Assembly (NCBI GenBank): GCA_009392915.1
Contig: CP045477.1
Span: 544,001-608,000, forward strand
Origin: Candidatus Forterrea multitransposorum CG_2015-17_Forterrea_25_41
Lineage (GTDB): Archaea; Iainarchaeota; Iainarchaeia; Iainarchaeales; CSSED10-239
Direction of reading: 5' to 3'
Length of the DNA: 64,000 bases
A model generated the notes under the pieces. It saw nothing but the letters and a program-made list of their open reading frames with translations, had not been told where the DNA came from and made no database searches. Of the stretch, positions 8,965 through 18,992 are shown one piece after another. Made by a program: the position numbers and the translations under genes. Numbering within the stretch: position 1 is the first letter of the stretch; every line of letters starts with the position of its first letter.

Positions 8965-9166
8965 ATAACATCACCTTCATATATTATAGTTGAAATATCT
9001 TATAAAGAGGTGTAATTAGCAGTTATACCTTAAATTACTAATATAAATGAATTAATAAATATAATTACTGAACATTTATTTATAAAAAACCTCTAAATAA
9101 AAATGTTTTGTTACTTAAATATATTATAACTAATTTTTTAAAAAAATAATTAATAAAGAAACACAT

Positions 9167-9913
9167 ATGCTTGAAATATATTTATACACACTAATCAGTA
9201 TCTTATTTGTAAGCCTAATATCATTAATAGGAATATTAACTTTATTTACAAATAAAAAACATCTCTCAAAAATGCTTTTATTCTTAATCAGTTTTTCTGC
9301 AGGTGCACTTTTAGGAGATGCATTTATACACTTAATACCAGAAAGCTTTGAAAGTTTTAATCCTCTAGTTATATCTTTTTCAATAATTGCAGGAATCTTA
9401 ATCTTCTTTATTCTAGAAAAAATAATACATTGGAGACACTGTCATATGCCAACTTCTAAAGAACACATTCACCCTTTAGGAAAAATGAACCTTATAGGAG
9501 ATATATTTCATAATTTTTTAGATGGTATTATTATAGCTACAAGTTATATTGTTTCAATTCCTTTAGGAATAGCAACAACAATTGCAGTTTTATTACACGA
9601 AATACCTCAAGAGATTGGAGATTTTGGTGTTTTGATATATGCAGGATATTCAAGAAAAAAAGCATTAATCCTTAATTTTTTAATATCTTTAACAGCAGTT
9701 ATTGGAGGAATCATAGGAATTGTTTTAAGTAAATATATTTCAGCTTTTTCAAGCATTATGATTGCATTTACTGCAGGTGGGTTTATTTATATTGGAGCAT
9801 CAGATTTAATACCTGAACTTAAGAAAGAAACAAGTATTAAAAAGACAACCATACAGATATTAGGTATAATATTAGGAATTGCTTTAATGGCATTATTAAT
9901 ATTTATGGAATGA
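9167..9913 (+). CDS. zupT: ZIP-family zinc transporter (ZupT-like)
   Basis: ZIP signature HEIPQEIGDFGVL, His-rich motifs and about 8 TM helices. Confidence 0.8.
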   Translation: MLEIYLYTLISILFVSLISLIGILTLFTNKKHLSKMLLFLISFSAGALLGDAFIHLIPESFESFNPLVISFSIIAGILIFFILEKIIHWRHCHMPTSKEHIHPLGKMNLIGDIFHNFLDGIIIATSYIVSIPLGIATTIAVLLHEIPQEIGDFGVLIYAGYSRKKALILNFLISLTAVIGGIIGIVLSKYISAFSSIMIAFTAGGFIYIGASDLIPELKKETSIKKTTIQILGIILGIALMALLIFME

Positions 9914-9919
9914 TATTTT

Positions 9920-10441
9920 ATGGATAAAAAGACAGACAAATTATTATATAATATTGTAATATTTTTACTAATTTTTGCATTAGTAATAAGTATTGTATTT
10001 ACTTTTGAAAGATTATTTTTAGAAAAACCAATTAATGAGTGTAATAATGTTTATCAAAAAAACTACATGAATGATAAATGTGAATATGATCAAGAAAATG
10101 TTGATACTTGTTATGCAAAAGAAGGAACAGTAATTTATAAAAGTGATTGTTCTATTGAGTGTGATTATTGTTATAAAGAATATAATAATAAATTAGAAAA
10201 TTATAATAATAATGCAAATCTTTTAAGAATAATATTATCATTTATTATAGCATTATCTTTGACATTAATAAATATTAAAGATAAAATAATTAAATATGCT
10301 TTACTTTCAGGAAGTTTAGTTTCATTATTTGTTGCAACATTAATGGCAATGAAGTTTATTGGAAGTTTACTTCCAATTGTAATTATTCTTGAATTTATTT
10401 TAGTACTTATAATTTATAAAAAAACAAAAGAGGAGAAATAA
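9920..10441 (+). CDS. Membrane-anchored Cys-rich protein (hypothetical)
   Basis: N- and C-terminal TM helices flank a Cys-rich extracytoplasmic segment (CxYDQENVDTCY...CSIECDYCY). Confidence 0.35.
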   Translation: MDKKTDKLLYNIVIFLLIFALVISIVFTFERLFLEKPINECNNVYQKNYMNDKCEYDQENVDTCYAKEGTVIYKSDCSIECDYCYKEYNNKLENYNNNANLLRIILSFIIALSLTLINIKDKIIKYALLSGSLVSLFVATLMAMKFIGSLLPIVIILEFILVLIIYKKTKEEK

Positions 10442-10442
10442 T

Positions 10443-10655
10443 ATGAGTGATAAAAAAACATCAGTTGAAATTGCTGGAACAGTTGGAGCATTTACTGTTG
10501 CAATTGCTGCAATTATTGTAATATTTGCAAGAGAATATTCTTGGGTAATAATATTTACAACATTAATTCTTTGTTTCTTTGGTATTGTTATGGCAAAAGA
10601 AAAAAATATTAACAATACTGAAAAACCAATTCAGAAAAAGAAAAAATCTAAATGA
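10443..10655 (+). CDS. Small membrane protein (hypothetical)
   Basis: 70 aa with two TM helices. Its ATG overlaps the upstream stop (ATATGA). Confidence 0.3.
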   Translation: MSDKKTSVEIAGTVGAFTVAIAAIIVIFAREYSWVIIFTTLILCFFGIVMAKEKNINNTEKPIQKKKKSK

Positions 10656-11370
10656 TTAGTTTGGCTCTATTTTCTCTGAGCCATTTACTTTTTTCTTTAT
10701 GATCTGGAACAAATTTTTCAACTAATTTCCAGAATCTCTTAGAATGATTATGATGAATAGTGTGACAAAGTTCATGAATAATCACATAATCAATCACATC
10801 TTTTCTTGCAAGCAAAAGAGAAGTTGAAAAAACTAGTTTTTTATCATAAGAACAAGAACCAAACTTTGAAATATTGTTCTTTAAAGAAATAGATTTAATA
10901 TTTTGCTTAAAATAAAGATCATTAAAGAAGTTAACTTTATCTTTAAGTAAAGGTAAAAGTTCTTTTGAAAGAATTTTTCCAATTAACTTTGAAATTATTT
11001 TATCTTCATTTAAAAGATTATCTGGAATCTTTAAAATAATTTGGTTCTCTTTAATTTTTGCAAGAGAAGTTTTTCTGTTTTCTTTTTGAATTGTTAATAT
11101 ATATTTTCTATCAAAAATTTCAATAATCTCACCAGAAACATATTTCCTTGAAGAAATTGGAGCATATTTTTCAGGATCTTTTTTTAAATAATCAATCAAT
11201 TTTAATTTCATATTATTTATCTGCTCTTCTCTTGCCTTTTCTGAAAAAAACTTAGGGACCCTTATGTTTATGTTCCTACCAATAGACATATATGTTGATC
11301 TTCTTCTTTCAACATATATTTTTAATAAATATTCTTTATTATTAAAAATTAGTTTTTCTTCTCTTAACAT
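10648..11370 (-). CDS. YgjP/DUF45-family zinc metallohydrolase (M48-like)
   Basis: HELCHTIHHNHSKRFWKLVEKFVPD matches the DUF45 HExxH...NHS..FW signature. Confidence 0.7.
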   Translation of the reverse strand: MLREEKLIFNNKEYLLKIYVERRRSTYMSIGRNINIRVPKFFSEKAREEQINNMKLKLIDYLKKDPEKYAPISSRKYVSGEIIEIFDRKYILTIQKENRKTSLAKIKENQIILKIPDNLLNEDKIISKLIGKILSKELLPLLKDKVNFFNDLYFKQNIKSISLKNNISKFGSCSYDKKLVFSTSLLLARKDVIDYVIIHELCHTIHHNHSKRFWKLVEKFVPDHKEKSKWLRENRAKLII

Positions 11371-11402
11371 ATTTAAAACAATCTTTCTATTTTAAAAAGA
11401 AT

Positions 11403-12779
11403 ATGCTACAAATATTTTATATAGATATCTTAAAAAAAAGAATAATTATGGAAAATATAATAGATAGAGTAAAACCTTTAAATAACTTTAAAGAAATAAA
11501 AGATAAACAAGAGATTGTTTACTGGATGACAAGAGAACAAAGAGTTGAAGATAACTACTCTCTTTTATTTGCAGACTATCTTTCAAAAAAACATAACTGT
11601 AAACTAAAAGTAATATTTACTTTAGTAGAAAAGTTTCTAGAATCACAAGAAAAACAATTTATCTTTATGCTTGAAGGTTTAAAAGAAGTTGAAGAAAAGC
11701 TTAATAACCTAGGAATTGAATTTATTATTTTAAAAGGAAAAGAACCTTTTAAAGAAATAACAAATTATATTAATAAAAATAAAATATCTGCACTAGTTAC
11801 AGATTTAGATCCATTAAAAATAAAGGTTAAATGGAGAGAAGAAGTATTAAAAGAAATAAAAATACCTTTTTTTATGGTAGATTCACATAATATAGTGCCT
11901 ATTGAAATTGCATCTAAAAAACAAGAGTATGCAGCATATACTCTAAGACCAAAAATTAATCATTTACTTGGAAGTTATTTAAAAGAAATTCCAAAGATTA
12001 AAAAAAGAGAACAAAAAACAGATTATAAAAATGATTTTAAAAAATTAATTAAAGAAAAACAAGATTATTCTTTTATTTCTGGAGAAAAAGCTTCTAGAAA
12101 AATATTAAAAGACTTTATTGAAAATAAACTTAACGATTATTCAACATTAAGAAACGATCCTTCAAGAAACTTTCAATCAAATCTTTCACCTTATCTTCAT
12201 TTTGGACAAATTTCTTCACAAAGAATAGCTTTAGAAGTTTTAAAATCAGAAAAAAACGAAGAAAGTAAGAAAGCTTTTTTAGAAGAACTAATTGTTAGAA
12301 AAGAATTGTCTGATAATTATTGTTATTATAACAAAGATTATGATAACTATAATGGTTTTCCTGATTGGGCAAAAAGAACTATAGAAGAACATAAGGATGA
12401 TAAAAGAGAATATCTCTATTCACTTAAAGAACTACAAGACTCTAAAACACATGACATCTTATGGAATTCATGTCAAAAAGAAATGGTATTGACAGGTAAA
12501 ATGCATGGTTACCTAAGAATGTATTGGGCAAAAAAGATTTTAGAATGGACAAAAGATATTAAAGAAGCTCAAGAATTTGCAATATTTTTAAATGATAAAT
12601 ATAGTTTAGATGGAAGAGATGCTAATGGATATACAGGGATTGCTTGGTCTCTTGGCGGGGTACATGATAGAGCATGGAATGAAAGAAGTATTTTTGGAAA
12701 AATAAGATTTATGAGTTTTAATTCAACTTCTAAAAAATTTAATCTTAAAGGATATTTAGAAAAAATAGAAAAAATATAG
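11403..12779 (+). CDS. phr: Class II CPD photolyase (deoxyribodipyrimidine photo-lyase)
   Basis: VYWMTREQRVEDNYSLLFA matches the class II N-terminus. The C-terminal FAD-binding region is MHGYLRMYWAKKILEW...GRDANGYTGIAWSLGGVHDRAWNERSIFGKIRFMS. The likely real start is the internal Met at 11448 (MENIIDRVK). Confidence 0.85.
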   Translation: MLQIFYIDILKKRIIMENIIDRVKPLNNFKEIKDKQEIVYWMTREQRVEDNYSLLFADYLSKKHNCKLKVIFTLVEKFLESQEKQFIFMLEGLKEVEEKLNNLGIEFIILKGKEPFKEITNYINKNKISALVTDLDPLKIKVKWREEVLKEIKIPFFMVDSHNIVPIEIASKKQEYAAYTLRPKINHLLGSYLKEIPKIKKREQKTDYKNDFKKLIKEKQDYSFISGEKASRKILKDFIENKLNDYSTLRNDPSRNFQSNLSPYLHFGQISSQRIALEVLKSEKNEESKKAFLEELIVRKELSDNYCYYNKDYDNYNGFPDWAKRTIEEHKDDKREYLYSLKELQDSKTHDILWNSCQKEMVLTGKMHGYLRMYWAKKILEWTKDIKEAQEFAIFLNDKYSLDGRDANGYTGIAWSLGGVHDRAWNERSIFGKIRFMSFNSTSKKFNLKGYLEKIEKI

Positions 12780-12801
12780 TTTTTAAAAAAAAATAAAAAA
12801 A

Positions 12802-13488
12802 CTATTCGTATTCAAGCATAAAATAATCTCCTTCACAAGAATTATTAACCATATCTCCTGTTGAAGAACAAACTGTACTATTATCATCTAAATAAAAACA
12901 ATCAACTGAACCATTAAAAGTATTAGTGTCTTTTTTATCAAGATAATCTAAAAGAGATTGAGGTGTTTCAAAATAACAAGTACCTTCAGTTCCAATATCT
13001 TCTTTTGAAACCATACTTTCATTAAAATCATTTTCACCTATAATTTCAATATTTATATCATAAAGAGAAAGATTTACTTTACAATAGATATATTCAATAC
13101 CATTTATTGTATATTCTGTAGTTCTTGTAAAAGATTTATTTTCAGTAGTTATTACATCTGTAAATAAAAATCTTGATCCTGATTTACATTCTGCAGCATA
13201 TTGTTTAAAACAATTTAAGTTTGTTCCACAATTTTCTGGATTTTCAATTTCTATAATTTCAATAATATTTAAATCTTCTGGAGAAACAATATTTTCATCT
13301 TCTAAAAGATTAGAATCAATATTTAAATCTATTAAATCATCTTCTAAAGAATTATTAATAGAGTCTTTATTTGTTTTTACAAAAACAAAAAGCACTATTA
13401 ATACTAAAATAATTACAATTATAATTATATATAACCATAAAAATTTTGATTTTTTAGATACTTTCTCTAAAGTAGTATTTTCATCCAT
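12802..13488 (-). CDS. N-terminally membrane-anchored Cys-rich acidic protein (hypothetical)
   Basis: A TM helix at residues about 18-38, then an acidic, Cys-containing domain. Confidence 0.35.
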   Translation of the reverse strand: MDENTTLEKVSKKSKFLWLYIIIIVIILVLIVLFVFVKTNKDSINNSLEDDLIDLNIDSNLLEDENIVSPEDLNIIEIIEIENPENCGTNLNCFKQYAAECKSGSRFLFTDVITTENKSFTRTTEYTINGIEYIYCKVNLSLYDINIEIIGENDFNESMVSKEDIGTEGTCYFETPQSLLDYLDKKDTNTFNGSVDCFYLDDNSTVCSSTGDMVNNSCEGDYFMLEYE

Positions 13489-13544
13489 AATTAATCAAAT
13501 AATATATATTATAAGATATTTATACACACATAACATTTAAAAAC

Positions 13545-14675
13545 TTATATTTTATGAGTATATACTTTATTAATATAATTATAGATTATTTTTGATTTAG
13601 AAGAATCTATTCCTTGTATTTTTGAAATATCAGATAAATTTAAACTTTTAATAGTTTTTAATGAATTTTGAGAATTAATTAAACTATTAATAGTTTTTTC
13701 ATCTATTTCTGTTATTTTAGAAAAAAATCTATAACCTCTAGGGAAATCAAATTCTTTTTGAGAAGTAAAATTTGAAAGTTCTAAGATATCTATTAACTTT
13801 TCTGTATCTGCAATTTTTCTAATACCTAGTTGTTTTAGAAAATTTATTTTTTCTAAACATTCTTCTTTTAGATATATATTGTTAGAATAATCTTTTAAAA
13901 TTAAATATAATTCTTCTTCAAGACCATATGTAATTTCATAAAAAGAATTAGAAATATCTTGACCTTGAGAACCAAGCTCTACTATTAAATCATCAACTTG
14001 AGTTTCATTTTTGAAAAAATATAAAATATTCTGTATTAAATCTAAAACTTCTGTTTTTAGATTATTTGATAAAATAATTTCTAAATCATATAAATTTTTA
14101 ATTTTTTTATCAATCTTTGATCTAAAATCTTTTAAATTGTTAATTGCATAACTTGCTTTTACCATTAAAATATTAAAATCTTGTAAAACATATTTTTGAT
14201 CTTTATAATAAAGAGAAATAACATTTCTTCTATGTGAAATTGCAATAACAGGTAAATCAGATTGCATTGCTGTTTGTTCAGCTGATCGATGTCTCATTCC
14301 TGTCTCTTTTGAAGAAATATCTCTATCTGGCATTAAATGTTTATTTGCACCTACAATCTTTGTTAAATCATTTGAAAGAACTATAGCTCCATCCATTTTT
14401 GAAAGTTCAAAAAGCTTTTGAGAAGAAAAAGGAATATCTAAATCAATTCCTCCTTTTAAAATAGGTTTTAACTTATCTGAATCACCTAAAACTATTAAAG
14501 CACCTAAGTTACCATGTAAAATTTCATCCAAACCACTCCTTAATTCTGTTCCAGGAGTTACAAGAGGGAGTATTTTAGTAATATCAATAACATCATTTTC
14601 ATGTATTTGACTGATTAATTTTGATTGAAAATCTTCTTCTTGAATAAAAACTTTTTTTTTTGGTCTTGTAGGCAT
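13545..14675 (-). CDS. DisA/DacZ-like diadenylate cyclase (c-di-AMP synthase, DAC domain)
   Basis: DAC motifs GALIVLGD, DGAIVLS, KHLMPDRD...ETGMRHRSAEQTA...LPVIAISHRRNVISLYY. The RHR motif and ISLYY closely match DisA-type DAC domains. Confidence 0.7.
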   Translation of the reverse strand: MPTRPKKKVFIQEEDFQSKLISQIHENDVIDITKILPLVTPGTELRSGLDEILHGNLGALIVLGDSDKLKPILKGGIDLDIPFSSQKLFELSKMDGAIVLSNDLTKIVGANKHLMPDRDISSKETGMRHRSAEQTAMQSDLPVIAISHRRNVISLYYKDQKYVLQDFNILMVKASYAINNLKDFRSKIDKKIKNLYDLEIILSNNLKTEVLDLIQNILYFFKNETQVDDLIVELGSQGQDISNSFYEITYGLEEELYLILKDYSNNIYLKEECLEKINFLKQLGIRKIADTEKLIDILELSNFTSQKEFDFPRGYRFFSKITEIDEKTINSLINSQNSLKTIKSLNLSDISKIQGIDSSKSKIIYNYINKVYTHKI

Positions 14676-14851
14676 AATAATCTTTTCCTTTTTTTATAAA
14701 AATAGTCAATTTATAAATCTATGATATTATAGTTATACAAATTGTTTATAAAGATAATGTGTTAGAATAACTTTGTTTTATGGTAAAATATTTAAAAAAT
14801 AATATTTTTAAATGAATTGGATAAATATAAAAATATTAACCGGTGTAAAAA

Positions 14852-15223
14852 ATGAAAATATTAATCTTTTCTGAAAAAGAGTTTTTTAAAGAACTTGGAC
14901 CAATAAGGCATTCTCTTACAAAGCATACTGGTATTTTTCAAACAACAGAGATTGGTAGGATTAACAAAGGGCTTTGTAAAGAGAAGATCATCCTTGATAA
15001 AGATATACAATTACTAAAAGAAGTAAATGCACTCTTAGTCTGTAACTTTAAGAAAGGAAAAGAAGAAAACCATGTTGGAGCTAATTCTTTATTAATTATG
15101 GCAATTGCCTATTCTCTTGGAAAAAAGATATATTTATTAGATGATATCCCTAATAAATATGTAGAAACATTAAAAAGTTTAGAAGTTAATCCTCTTAAGG
15201 GAGATTTAAAAAAAATAATGTGA
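14852..15223 (+). CDS. Hypothetical protein
   Basis: 123 aa. A GGTG SD sits 8 nt upstream of the ATG. No confident family. Confidence 0.35.
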   Translation: MKILIFSEKEFFKELGPIRHSLTKHTGIFQTTEIGRINKGLCKEKIILDKDIQLLKEVNALLVCNFKKGKEENHVGANSLLIMAIAYSLGKKIYLLDDIPNKYVETLKSLEVNPLKGDLKKIM

Positions 15224-15230
15224 AATATTT

Positions 15231-15857
15231 ATGATAAAACTAATAGCATTTGATTTTTGGGGAACTTTAGCAATTAAAAGAAATCCTTTTTTTCATTTTT
15301 CAGAAGAAATAAAAAAAGAATTTGAAATTAATTTATCTAAAGAAAAAATAAGTACACTTTATCAAGAAACAGTACAAATTAAATATTGGGAAAGCCAAGC
15401 AGATGCTTTTACAGAATTTGCAAGAAGACTTAAAATTTCTCCAACAAAAGATAATATTGTAAAATTAATTGGTATTAGAAATAAATCTGAAGATGGAATA
15501 TTAGTTTTTGATTTTGTAATACCATTACTTAAAAAACTAAGAGAAAAAAGATATAAAATAGCAATTGTTTCTAATTGTTCAATGTTTACTTATCAAACTA
15601 TTAAAAAAGAAACTAATCTTTTAAAATATATAGATTATGAGCATTTTTCATTTCAAGCAGGATACACAAAACCAAATCCACAGATCTATTTAGAGCTTCA
15701 AAGAAAAGCCAAGGTATTTAATAATGAGATGATAATGATTGGAGATGATTTTGAAAATGATTTTAAAGCTCCTAAAAAACTTGGAATAAATGCTATAATG
15801 TTTAAGACTTATGAAGATCTTTTAATCGAATTTAAAAAATATAATATTGAGTTATAA
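15231..15857 (+). CDS. HAD-superfamily hydrolase
   Basis: Motif I IAFDFWGTL (DxxGT), motif II VSNCS, motif III/IV K...GDDFEND. Confidence 0.7.
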   Translation: MIKLIAFDFWGTLAIKRNPFFHFSEEIKKEFEINLSKEKISTLYQETVQIKYWESQADAFTEFARRLKISPTKDNIVKLIGIRNKSEDGILVFDFVIPLLKKLREKRYKIAIVSNCSMFTYQTIKKETNLLKYIDYEHFSFQAGYTKPNPQIYLELQRKAKVFNNEMIMIGDDFENDFKAPKKLGINAIMFKTYEDLLIEFKKYNIEL

Positions 15858-15905
15858 GACTTTTTAGTAAAAATATTTTTACAACTCAATTTTTATTTTA
15901 GAAAA

Positions 15906-16175
15906 CTATTTTTTAAAAACTTTCATACATGGAATAATTGCAAAAAATACAAATAATATTAGATAAGCATACCATTCAAGAGAAAGGATATTAGGACATA
16001 ATTTTGCAAGCATTAATGTAAAAAATAAAACACTTAATTTTATTAAAGCAATGTCTGTCCATTTCATATTTTTTATTTTTTTATTTAATATTTTAAAACA
16101 CATAAAAACACCTCTTTTTATAATTAAAGATACAGATAATGTATTTTTAAATATATTTAAAATAAGAAATCTCAT
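15906..16175 (-). CDS. Small membrane protein (hypothetical)
   Basis: 89 aa with two or three TM helices. Confidence 0.3.
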   Translation of the reverse strand: MRFLILNIFKNTLSVSLIIKRGVFMCFKILNKKIKNMKWTDIALIKLSVLFFTLMLAKLCPNILSLEWYAYLILFVFFAIIPCMKVFKK

Positions 16176-16816
16176 TAAAAATGAGATTTCTCTTTAGATA
16201 AAATATAATCTAATCTTATTTTATTAGCTTCTTGAACATATTTTTTGTAATTTTGATCAGGCATTCTACTATGACTAAAACCACAAGTATAACATTCTTT
16301 TTTATGACCTGTTAAAACATCTTTGTTTTTAACTAATGCTTTTTCCCAATCTTTTGCAAAAGAATCATTTAAAATATTCCCTATAATTGTGTTAATTGTC
16401 CAACAAGTATAAACTTCACCTTTTGGAGAAATTAAAAGATCTTTACAATAACTATAACAAGGGACTATAATTTTTTCTTTTTTAAAATATTTTTTAATTA
16501 ACTCAATTCTTTCCTTACTTGTAATCTCTATATTATATTTGTTCGCAAGAGAAACTACTTTATCTATAGATGAAAGATCAATATTGAACTTATAGTTAGA
16601 ATTATTTCCAACACCATATATTTGAACAGGATCAAAGTCTATGAAAACTCCACCTAGTTCTTTAGATAACTCGACAATACTTTCAAGAGTAGAAATATTT
16701 TCATTTAAGATTGTACAATCAATCTCTATGTTTGGATGTTTATCTTTACTAATTATTTTTTTTAAACCCTCTACTGCTGAATTAAAAATTCCTGGGTAAA
16801 TTTCTGATTTTATCAT
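16175..16816 (-). CDS. Radical SAM enzyme, C-terminal segment with Cys-rich SPASM/twitch-like motifs
   Basis: IVPCYSYC...CW...ECYTCGF cysteine clusters. It overlaps the upstream rSAM ORF by 35 nt in another frame, and SPASM domains are normally fused to the rSAM core. Confidence 0.45.
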   Translation of the reverse strand: MIKSEIYPGIFNSAVEGLKKIISKDKHPNIEIDCTILNENISTLESIVELSKELGGVFIDFDPVQIYGVGNNSNYKFNIDLSSIDKVVSLANKYNIEITSKERIELIKKYFKKEKIIVPCYSYCKDLLISPKGEVYTCWTINTIIGNILNDSFAKDWEKALVKNKDVLTGHKKECYTCGFSHSRMPDQNYKKYVQEANKIRLDYILSKEKSHF

Positions 16817-17216
16817 GAATCTCAGGAAATCCAGAATCTATTGAAACAACAAGATTATCTACAAAATTAGAAACAACATCTACATGGTTGTTTAAAAGAG
16901 AACCATTTGTAATAATTTGTACCTTTAAATTTTTATTTTTTGCATGTATTATTAAATCATCAATATTTGGATGAAGCAATGGCTCTCCTCCCCATAAAGT
17001 TACCCATTTAAAATTAAGATCAGATAATTTATTTATTATTGAAAGAAGAGTTTCTTTTTCACCCATATAAGGATTTTTCCATATATTACACATAACACAT
17101 TTAGCATTACATGCAAAATTTACCTGCAGATAAGCATCTGTAGGAATTGAATTATTTTTTGCATTTTCAACATATAATTTCATTTTATCATATTTACTAC
17201 TTTCATTCATTTGCAT
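16782..17216 (-). CDS. Radical SAM enzyme, N-terminal core segment (probably one gene with 16175..16816, frameshifted)
   Basis: CxxxCxxC cluster FACNAKCVMCNIW and a glycine-rich SAM motif WGGEPLL. Confidence 0.55.
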   Translation of the reverse strand: MQMNESSKYDKMKLYVENAKNNSIPTDAYLQVNFACNAKCVMCNIWKNPYMGEKETLLSIINKLSDLNFKWVTLWGGEPLLHPNIDDLIIHAKNKNLKVQIITNGSLLNNHVDVVSNFVDNLVVSIDSGFPEIHDKIRNLPRNF

Positions 17217-17470
17217 ATTTTATCACCAATATATTTTTTTATAAATATTAAACCTATTTATGCTTAATCTATAAAAATAAATAGAACAATTATAAACAAT
17301 AAATAGATTTTTTAAAAAAAGAAAAATCTATTGGTGCCGTCTCACGAATACATGACTAGAGTTTACAAAAATAGTTTTATTTTTAATCATATATATCGCC
17401 TTAAAATTATATTAATAGCAAATATTTAAAAATAGTAGTATTTGATAAAAAGTTAATTTTATTAAAAAAA

Positions 17471-18289
17471 TTATTTTTCAAACCAATAAGGAGTCTTTTT
17501 ATTCCAACCAGTAACTTCTCTTATTTTTTTAGAACCGTTTTCTTCTTTTAAAAGTCTTTGATAAAAGTTAATAGAGGTAAGTATCTGAGAATCTAGAAAA
17601 TTAGAATGTTCTTCTTTCCAAATTTTAAAAGAATTATCTTTCATAAAGAACACCCATTTTTCAATAAAATCAATATGACTTTTATCTCTTTTAGTAGAGT
17701 ATACAAAAGAAGAATTATCTTTTAAACTATTATAAAGATGTTTATCTATCATTAATTTAATTTTTTTAATTTCCTCTAGACTAAGAACCTCTTTATACAA
17801 TAATCTTAGATGCAAAGCATCTTCATAGTCTTTATCACTTGAAAGATAATGTTCTTTATAAGCTATAGTTGATTCAATAGATGCAAAATAAATATCTAAA
17901 CCAGTTAAAGAAAGTTTAGTTCTTTTAAGTAAAGTATATTTATCAACTTCTGTTTTTACAAACTTAAGTTCAATGTTAGGAAGTATTGTTCCCTTATAAA
18001 CAAACCTTATAGATTCTTTTTTTATTAAATAATTATTATATATTTCTAAAGCATCATCAGATTGTATACACTCAAAATTAGAAGCATAAATATCTTCTAA
18101 AAATTTAAGAAATAAAGAAAAAGGTATTTTGTCAATAATAATATCTATGTCTTCAGTACCTCTTACTCTTCCGTTTGAAATTGCAACATAACCAGAGACG
18201 ATTACATATTTTGTATATTTTTCTAAAATCGAGGTAAACTCTATTACAAACTTGTCTAAGATGTTTCTATCAGATACAAGATTAATCAT
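17471..18289 (-). CDS. Pol-beta-like nucleotidyltransferase-fold protein (hypothetical)
   Basis: SGYVAISNGRVRGTEDIDIII fits G[SG]-x9-13-DxD of minimal nucleotidyltransferases. The remaining 200 aa are unassigned. Confidence 0.35.
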   Translation of the reverse strand: MINLVSDRNILDKFVIEFTSILEKYTKYVIVSGYVAISNGRVRGTEDIDIIIDKIPFSLFLKFLEDIYASNFECIQSDDALEIYNNYLIKKESIRFVYKGTILPNIELKFVKTEVDKYTLLKRTKLSLTGLDIYFASIESTIAYKEHYLSSDKDYEDALHLRLLYKEVLSLEEIKKIKLMIDKHLYNSLKDNSSFVYSTKRDKSHIDFIEKWVFFMKDNSFKIWKEEHSNFLDSQILTSINFYQRLLKEENGSKKIREVTGWNKKTPYWFEK

Positions 18290-18361
18290 AAATAATAATA
18301 TTTAGTTGAAAAGGGTTTTTAACTCTTTTTAAAGAGAGAGTACTTGGCCGAGAAACAATAA

Positions 18362-18928
18362 CTAATAATCATGCCCTGGGCAAAGAATCTCTATATCTAA
18401 ATCTTTTAACTTGTTTAAAGAAGAAGACATTTCTTTTGGTGAAGAAAAAGGAAGATCCATTCTTCCTATGTTATCTCTAAAGAAAAGAGTATCTCCAGAA
18501 AAAAGAATTTTTCTTTTTTTATCATATATACAAATTGAGCCTTTAGAGTGACCGGGTGTATCTATTACCTCTAAATAATCTGGAAGAGATAAAGAAGAAA
18601 TATCTTTTACATCAATATTAAATTTATCTGCGAGAGGTTTAAGTAAAATTGCTTTATATTTATCTTCTTCTAAAGAATCAACTGAATCCTTAGAAGCATA
18701 AAAAGAAGCATTTGTAAAAAGATGAAAGTTTCCTACATGATCATAGTGCATGTGTGTGAAGATAACTGTTTTAACTTCTTCTAAAGGAATTATTTTTGAT
18801 AAATCTTGTTTTATCATAAGCTCATCTGTAGGATAACCTGTATCAATCAAGAGGTTTTCTTCCTTTAAAAAATAAAGATTAGATTCTCCTGTAATTTTAA
18901 AAACATCTTTATAAATTTCTTCAATCAT
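18362..18928 (-). CDS. MBL-fold metallo-hydrolase
   Basis: THMHYDHVGN (HxHxDH), with downstream His/Asp ligands (PGHS, GD). Confidence 0.75.
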   Translation of the reverse strand: MIEEIYKDVFKITGESNLYFLKEENLLIDTGYPTDELMIKQDLSKIIPLEEVKTVIFTHMHYDHVGNFHLFTNASFYASKDSVDSLEEDKYKAILLKPLADKFNIDVKDISSLSLPDYLEVIDTPGHSKGSICIYDKKRKILFSGDTLFFRDNIGRMDLPFSSPKEMSSSLNKLKDLDIEILCPGHDY

Positions 18929-18992
18929 AAAAATTCATTTTTAAGTGTCCAACAAACATAGTTTTTAATATTAAAAAACCTTTTTCTAAAAA

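Noticed and set aside
17320-17400. Small GC-containing patch (ggtgccgtctcacgaatacatgactagag) in the 17217-17470 intergenic region, considered as a tRNA or C/D box sRNA
   Set aside because: No cloverleaf, no convincing C (RUGAUGA) or D (CUGA) box pairing, and it is too short and weak to call.
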